From Verrucomicrobiaceae bacterium (lineage in GTDB: Bacteria > Verrucomicrobiota > Verrucomicrobiia > Chthoniobacterales > Chthoniobacteraceae): DNA of 64,000 nt. The notes below the pieces were generated by a model. That model had not been told where the DNA came from. It saw only the letters and a program-made list of their open reading frames with translations, and did not search any database. Position numbers and translations under genes: made by a program. Below are positions 59,397 to 64,000 of the stretch, piece after piece. The stretch covers positions 4,311 to 68,310 of the forward strand of contig JAYUSJ010000004.1 of the NCBI GenBank assembly GCA_043755735.1. The letters are read 5' to 3'. Each line of letters opens with the position of its first letter. The stretch's first letter is position 1.

Positions 59397-59534
59397 CTAC
59401 GTTGACGGCGTCGGCGTTGGGGTCGGCGTCGGTGTCGGCGTTGGCGTCGGTGTTGGCGTCGGTGTTGGCGTTGGCGTTGGCGTCGGAGTTGGTGTTGGCG
59501 TTGGCGTTGGCGTTGGTGTCGGGATTGGCGGCAT
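59397..59534 (-). CDS. 45-codon mini-ORF encoding MPPI(PT)19PST, in frame with the downstream glycosyltransferase
   Basis: Manual translation from the ATG at 59534 gives 19 consecutive Pro-Thr pairs. All differences between 6-nt units are at third codon positions of this frame (cca/ccg; aca/acg/act/acc). It ends at TAG 59397-59399, immediately before the GT start. It is too short for the ORF track. Confidence 0.45.
   Translation of the reverse strand: MPPIPTPTPTPTPTPTPTPTPTPTPTPTPTPTPTPTPTPTPTPST
59406..59522 (-). repeat. Imperfect hexanucleotide tandem repeat (CCR-ACN)x19.5
   Basis: The plus strand reads (GGCGTT/GGCGTC/GGTGTT/GGTGTC..)n. It spans 117 nt and lies 7 nt upstream of the glycosyltransferase start. 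Confidence 0.9.
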
Positions 59535-59758
59535 GGCTATTATGGGCTTTGAGTAGGATGCGCTCGCTCGAATGGTTCCTTGTGAAACTCTTGGCTTCGG
59601 TGAATTTTCGCACCCTTCGCAAGTTCACTTAGCGTGACTGTCCACATCCTTTCAAGTCAGTAATTATAGCAAATCCATACCTTGCCATTTGCCCGTTCAC
59701 CATCGCTCCGTCCTTAACGACCTTGCCGTTCCCTCCCGGCTCCGCTATCGCGCGGTGC

Positions 59759-60178
59759 ATGACTCGCGCTGTGGGAATTGATTTTGGCGACGCCCGTGTG
59801 GGCGTCGCGGTGTCGGATGAACTCGGGATGCTTGCGCACCCGTTCGAAACCATCAATGTGCGGGAGACCGATCCCGTCGCCCGCGTCGTGCAAATTGTCG
59901 CGGAAAAGAGCGCAGGCATCGTCATCATCGGTCTGCCGAAGAACATGGACAACACGACCGGCACCGCAGCGGAAAAAGCGCGCGCATTTGCCGACAAACT
60001 GCGCGCTGCGGGCATCACTGTGCGGATGTGGGACGAGCGGCTAAGCACGGTCGCAGCGCAGCGCAATCTCCACGAAGCCGGTCACAACGCGAAGTCCAGC
60101 CGCGCCATTATCGATCAGGCGGCGGCGCAAATCATCCTGCAGGGATGGCTGGATTCGCAGGCGATGTTGGGGACATGA
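59759..60178 (+). CDS. ruvX: Holliday junction resolvase-like protein RuvX (YqgF)
   Basis: Motifs seen are MTRAVGIDFGDARVGVAVSD, VIIGLPKNMDNTTG and WDERLSTVAAQ. The start was set at the ATG at 59759. Confidence 0.88.
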   Translation: MTRAVGIDFGDARVGVAVSDELGMLAHPFETINVRETDPVARVVQIVAEKSAGIVIIGLPKNMDNTTGTAAEKARAFADKLRAAGITVRMWDERLSTVAAQRNLHEAGHNAKSSRAIIDQAAAQIILQGWLDSQAMLGT

Positions 60179-60927
60179 ACGTGCGGCGGCTCAAGTTGCT
60201 CATCGCTTACGATGGCCGCCCGTTTTCAGGATGGCAGAGCCAGGCCGAGGGCACCGGAATCCAGGATCACATCGAATCTGCGCTCGCGAAAATCGTGGGC
60301 TCGCCCGTCCGCATCCACGGCTCCGGCCGCACCGACGCAGGCGTCCACGCGCTCGGCCAGGTCGCACATTTTGAGGAGCCCGATCAAAAGCACACCAACG
60401 CGCGCTGGCAGGCCGCGCTGAATGCAAACCTCCCGCCCGGGATTCGCATCCTCCGAGTCACACGGATGCCCGGCGGAAAGGAAGGCTTTCACGCCCGGTA
60501 TTCGGCGACGGGGAAACGCTACATCTACCGCATCTGGAACGAGCGCTATTTGCACCCCATGGAAATCGGCCGCGCGTGGATGGTCCCCTATCCACTCGAC
60601 CTCGCCAAGTTGCGCGCCGCCGCCGCCGTGCTCGTCGGGAAGCACGATTTTGCGGGCTTCGCGGCAAATCGCGGCGAGGTGGAAAAGGACACCGTGCGCA
60701 ATGTCACCGGTATTCGCGTCACCAAGCGCGGTCCGCTCGTCACATTGACGTTCGAGGGCGAAGGCTTCCTTTACAAAATGGTGCGTCTGCTGACCGGCAG
60801 CCTCGTTCGTGTTGCACAAGGAAGAGGCGATGTCGCGTGGTTGCGGTCCATTTTGGCAGGCGGAAAAAAGACCAGCTACTCCGCGCCACCCGACGGGCTC
60901 TTCCTCGCGAAGGTGTTTTATCGCTGA
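60175..60927 (+). CDS. truA: tRNA pseudouridine(38-40) synthase
   Basis: The ATG at 60175 overlaps the ruvX TGA (ATGA). Motifs are LLIAYDGRPFSGWQSQ, GSGRTDAGVHALGQV and FLYKMVRLLTGSL. Confidence 0.92.
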   Translation: MNVRRLKLLIAYDGRPFSGWQSQAEGTGIQDHIESALAKIVGSPVRIHGSGRTDAGVHALGQVAHFEEPDQKHTNARWQAALNANLPPGIRILRVTRMPGGKEGFHARYSATGKRYIYRIWNERYLHPMEIGRAWMVPYPLDLAKLRAAAAVLVGKHDFAGFAANRGEVEKDTVRNVTGIRVTKRGPLVTLTFEGEGFLYKMVRLLTGSLVRVAQGRGDVAWLRSILAGGKKTSYSAPPDGLFLAKVFYR

Positions 60928-60984
60928 TCGCGCGTCGCAGTGTTTTGAAGCATACACTTTACCCCGCCGCTCGTTCCTCTTTTA

Positions 60985-62061
60985 ATGCAGAACATGATCA
61001 CAGCTGAATGCGACGAAGCCATCGTGGACAAAGTCATCGCCGGAGAGCGCATCTCTTCGGAGGACGCGCGCGCCCTTTATGATCTCCCCCTGGCAGAGCT
61101 CGGCGAGCTCGCCAACCGCCGGCGTGGCGGCAAGCGGAGCGACATCGTCACCTACATCGTGGACCGCAACATCAACTACACAAACGTCTGCAACGTTTAC
61201 TGCAAGTTCTGCGCGTTTTACCGGACGGAAAAAGACCACGACCACTATGTGCTCACGCACGAGCAGCTCGACCAGAAACTCGACGAACTCACCGACATCG
61301 GAGGCGTGCAAATCCTCCTTCAGGGCGGGCATCACCCCAAGCTCGGCATCGACCACTACCTCAACATGCTGCGGCACATCCGCGAAAAATATCCCCACAT
61401 CAACATCCACGGATTCAGCCCGCCGGAGTTCCAGCATTTTGCCACTGTGTTCAACATGCCCCTCCGCGAAGTGCTGAAAAAATTCATCGAAGCCGGGCTC
61501 GGCAGCATCCCCGGCGGCGGCGGCGAAATTCTCGTCGATAGCGTCCGCGACCGGATTGCGCCGCTCAAATGCAAAAGCGACCAGTGGCTCGAAGTCATGC
61601 GCATCGCCCATGAACTGGGGTTGAACTCAAGCTGCACGATGATGTTTGGCCACGTCGAAACCGTCGAAGATCGAATCGAACACCTCCAGCGACTCCGCGA
61701 CACACAGGATGAGACCGGCGGCTTCACCGCGTTCATCTGCTGGACGTTCCAGCCCGAGCACACAAAGCTCCGCGCGGAGCCCGTGGGCAGCAGCGAGTAT
61801 CTCCGGATGCAGGCGCTCAGCCGTATCTTCCTAGACAATATCGAGAACCTGCAAAGCTCGTGGGTCACCCAAGGTCCGCGCATCGGACAGATCGCGCTGA
61901 AGTATGGTGCCAACGATTTCGGCAGCGTGATGATGGAAGAAAATGTCGTCTCCAGCGCCGGCACATCATTCCGGCTCAGCAAAGAGAACATCGAGCGCCT
62001 CATCACCGAAGCCGGCTACGAGCCACGCCGCCGGGATAACTGGTACCGGCTGCTCGGCTAA
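60985..62061 (+). CDS. mqnC: Futalosine-pathway radical SAM enzyme (MqnC/MqnE family; closest by pattern to cyclic dehypoxanthinyl futalosine synthase MqnC)
   Basis: The segment VTYIVDRNINYTNVCNVYCKFCAFYR carries the CxxxCxxC radical-SAM cluster. Also present are GGVQILLQGGHHP and NDFGSVMMEENVV. The choice of MqnC over MqnE rests on the remembered TY(I/V)xDRNINYTN pattern. Confidence 0.7.
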   Translation: MQNMITAECDEAIVDKVIAGERISSEDARALYDLPLAELGELANRRRGGKRSDIVTYIVDRNINYTNVCNVYCKFCAFYRTEKDHDHYVLTHEQLDQKLDELTDIGGVQILLQGGHHPKLGIDHYLNMLRHIREKYPHINIHGFSPPEFQHFATVFNMPLREVLKKFIEAGLGSIPGGGGEILVDSVRDRIAPLKCKSDQWLEVMRIAHELGLNSSCTMMFGHVETVEDRIEHLQRLRDTQDETGGFTAFICWTFQPEHTKLRAEPVGSSEYLRMQALSRIFLDNIENLQSSWVTQGPRIGQIALKYGANDFGSVMMEENVVSSAGTSFRLSKENIERLITEAGYEPRRRDNWYRLLG

Positions 62062-63398
62062 AACAATTCCGGCTCCGCGGACCGATATACGCTGCGGCCG
62101 CGCACGAAAGTTTCCAGCACGGCCTGCGGGCCGCCGCGATAGACGCAGAGCGAGAGAATGTCTTCGGTCGTGAGTTCGTCGGGCTTGGTGGCACTGCCGC
62201 GATAAGGGAGCATGGTGCCGATGTCCATGACAGTCATGTCGGCGTCCTTGCCGATTTCCAGCGTGCCGATTTGCGCCTCCTTCCCGAGAGCCTCGGCCGC
62301 GCCTTGCGTGGCGAGATGCAGGACGTGCGCAGGCGACGGAACGGGGACATTCTGCTCGTAAAAGCCGCGCATTTTCTGGCTCTCGATGGCACTGCGCATC
62401 ACCTGCCACAGATTGAGTTCAGGCCCGGCGGCGACATCCGTGCCGAGGCCGATTTTCAAGCCGGCGGCGCGGTGTTCGGCGAGGGGCATGATGCCGCTGC
62501 CGAGGTAAATATTCGCGGTCGGGCAGTGCGCGATTCTTGCGCCCGCTTCCGCCATCGCGGTGCGCTCGCGCTCCGAGAGATGGATGCAATGACCGAAGAC
62601 CGTCTTGGGCCCGAGCATGCCGAATTTCTCATAGACCTCCGTGTAATCCTTTGCCCACGGAAACATGTGCTTCACGCGCTCGCACTCTTCGCGATTTTCG
62701 GCGAGGTGCGTCTGGATGTAGCAGCCATAGTGGGCGGCCATGGCGGCTGATTCGCGCATCAGCTTTTCGCTGCAAGCGAGGGCAAATCGCGGGCTGAACG
62801 CATACTCCAGAAGCCCTTCGTTTTTCCCGTGCCAATGTCGGCAAAGGCGCTCGCTTTCCAGCATGGAAACGCTGAGCACCTTGCGCGGCTGGACGTTGCC
62901 GTAGGTGCCCACGTCCATCATCATTTTCCCCATGATAATCCGCAGTCCGCTCTTCGCCGCCGCTTGAAAAGCCGCGTCGCACGAGTCCTCAAAAATTGCC
63001 GCGTAAATCATCGCGGTCGTGGTGCCGTGGCGCGCCAGTTCGGGAAAAAACGCCGCTGCTTCCCGCTGCCCCGCTGGTCCCGTGAAGGCTTTCTCCCGCG
63101 GAAAAATGGAGTGATGCAGCCAGTCGAGCAATTGCCCGCGGCCCCGCGCGACGACGGGGTATTGCGGGAGGTGCGTGTGGATGTCGATCAGACCGGGGAA
63201 AATCGCGGCCCGCTCCGTGTGCAGCCAGCGCACCGGCTGCTGACGGGGCTTTTTGCCAAGGTGCTGATACTCGCCCACCTCCAGAATCTTTCCACCGCCA
63301 AACACCACGGCTCCATCGCGCCAGGCGCGCAATTTTCCGTATTCCGGCGCGTCAATCACGCACCCTCTGATTCCAGTCAGCGACGAGTCTGGCGACAT
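62058..63398 (-). CDS. Amidohydrolase, guanine deaminase-like
   Basis: Motifs seen are PGLIDIHTHLPQYP (HxH metal site), LLDWLHHSIFPRE, ELARHGTTTA and QTHLAENREE. It overlaps the mqn gene by 4 nt in convergent orientation. Confidence 0.7.
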   Translation of the reverse strand: MSPDSSLTGIRGCVIDAPEYGKLRAWRDGAVVFGGGKILEVGEYQHLGKKPRQQPVRWLHTERAAIFPGLIDIHTHLPQYPVVARGRGQLLDWLHHSIFPREKAFTGPAGQREAAAFFPELARHGTTTAMIYAAIFEDSCDAAFQAAAKSGLRIIMGKMMMDVGTYGNVQPRKVLSVSMLESERLCRHWHGKNEGLLEYAFSPRFALACSEKLMRESAAMAAHYGCYIQTHLAENREECERVKHMFPWAKDYTEVYEKFGMLGPKTVFGHCIHLSERERTAMAEAGARIAHCPTANIYLGSGIMPLAEHRAAGLKIGLGTDVAAGPELNLWQVMRSAIESQKMRGFYEQNVPVPSPAHVLHLATQGAAEALGKEAQIGTLEIGKDADMTVMDIGTMLPYRGSATKPDELTTEDILSLCVYRGGPQAVLETFVRGRSVYRSAEPELF

Positions 63399-63440
63399 GT
63401 GGCGGGAAAAGTAGCGGGCACAGCGCGGGCGTCAACCGAT

Positions 63441-63752
63441 TCAAGCCGTTTGCTCTCGCACCCAGTCAAGATACGGCGGCCAGCCGCCCTCCACGGGCAG
63501 TCGCAAAATCTCCGGCACTTCATAAGGATGCAACTCGCGCAACCGCGCCTGCGCCGCTTCGGCGGAATCCGCAGTCGTTTTGAAAATGACCATCACTTCC
63601 GTGCTCGTCTCCACCGCGCCCTGCCAGCGGTAGATCGACTCCACGCCCGGCATGATGTTCCCGCAGGCCACGAGCCGTTCTTCGACGAGTGTGCGGACCG
63701 CAGTTCGGGCGACGGCAATGTCGGGGAAGGTCGAAAGAAGCACGACGATCAT
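63441..63752 (-). CDS. cutA: Divalent-cation tolerance protein CutA
   Basis: Motifs seen are MIVVLLSTFPD..ERLVACGNIMPGVESIYRWQG and LHPYEVPEI. The ATG at 63752 overlaps the upstream stop (ATGA). Confidence 0.85.
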   Translation of the reverse strand: MIVVLLSTFPDIAVARTAVRTLVEERLVACGNIMPGVESIYRWQGAVETSTEVMVIFKTTADSAEAAQARLRELHPYEVPEILRLPVEGGWPPYLDWVREQTA

Positions 63753-64000
63753 CGCTTCGCCCCGCACCCCACCTGCTCCACCTCGAAATTCTCATCCGCT
63801 TTCGGAGCCGGCATTTGCGGACGCAAAATCGGCACGACCTTTTGCCGCTCGATCCAGCCGCCGCCGAGCACTTCGTCGCCGCGGTAGCAGACGGCGGCTT
63901 GACCGGGCGTTACGGCGCGTTGGGGTTCGTGGAGTTTCACACGGGCTTCGCCGCGTTCGCCGGGGAAGATTGTCGCCTCCACCGCGGGGGCGGCGTAGCG
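63749..64000 (-). CDS. mnmA: tRNA 2-thiouridine(34) synthase MnmA, C-terminal fragment (gene continues beyond the window)
   Basis: The C-terminal barrel pattern is ARVKLHEPQRAVTPGQAAVCYRGDEVLGGGWI. The ORF is open to the window edge. Confidence 0.8.
   Translation of the reverse strand, partial: RYAAPAVEATIFPGERGEARVKLHEPQRAVTPGQAAVCYRGDEVLGGGWIERQKVVPILRPQMPAPKADENFEVEQVGCGAKR

Noticed and set aside
59406-59522. The tandem repeat read as a CRISPR array or as a frameshifting phase-variation tract.
   Set aside because: The units are 6 nt with no spacers, so it is not a CRISPR array. A 6-nt unit cannot shift the reading frame, so classical on/off phase variation is unlikely.
58984-59628. A 214-aa minus-strand track ORF that reads the hexamer repeat as an N/D/T-A low-complexity protein (..[36 protein letters not shown]..).
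   Set aside because: In this frame the unit-to-unit differences are non-synonymous. Downstream of the repeat the ORF merely overlaps the glycosyltransferase out of frame. The PT frame, where all differences are synonymous, explains the sequence better.

Overview
This is a high-G+C (judged by eye, not computed) bacterial chromosomal segment with about 57 protein-coding genes at roughly 90% coding density. I found no rRNA, tRNA, CRISPR array, transposase, integrase or prophage signature. All calls rest on reading the supplied translations and my own manual translations against remembered family motifs; no search was run.

The gene content points to the PVC superphylum, most likely Verrucomicrobiota, but this is inference only. 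It includes DUF1552, a tandem DUF1080 protein, a giant 'delta-60'/NxxGxxAF-repeat surface protein, a TIGR02999-type ECF sigma factor next to a Ser/Thr kinase, and a futalosine-pathway radical-SAM enzyme.

The backbone is housekeeping:
- DNA and RNA functions: recF, an RsmB-like methyltransferase, tsaC/sua5, ruvX, truA, rapA, and the mnmA 3' end.
- Nucleotide metabolism: purK, pyrE, purA, pyrB-pyrR, pyrH, and a guanine-deaminase-like gene.
- Envelope and translation: murJ, uppS, frr.
- Other: a NifS/IscU/rhodanese set, a cyclophilin, an MqnC-like enzyme and cutA.

The non-routine content is concentrated in 40.5-59.6 kb:
1. A 45-codon ORF encodes MPPI(PT)19PST. Every difference between its 6-nt repeat units falls on a wobble position of that frame. 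It sits in frame with, and one TAG codon away from, a GT60/PF11397-like polypeptide GlcNAc-transferase. An ECF sigma factor and an LRR/TPR receptor Ser/Thr kinase follow on the same strand.
2. A flavin-dependent 'tryptophan halogenase' homolog lies next to a secreted vanadium-haloperoxidase-like PAP2 protein. They are bracketed by two porins, a TonB-dependent receptor and a small secreted protein built from 12-residue tandem repeats.
3. A dispersed ~65-nt two-hairpin repeat is present in three copies, one of them inverted.

Smaller oddities:
- A nucleotidyltransferase plus partner pair is translationally spliced between purA and uppS.
- An LpxL-WaaF fusion gene.
- Phased direct repeats lie upstream of an orphan LuxR regulator.
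- A perfect 24-bp palindrome lies in a divergent promoter region.

Many long antisense ORFs in the track are high-GC shadow frames and were rejected.
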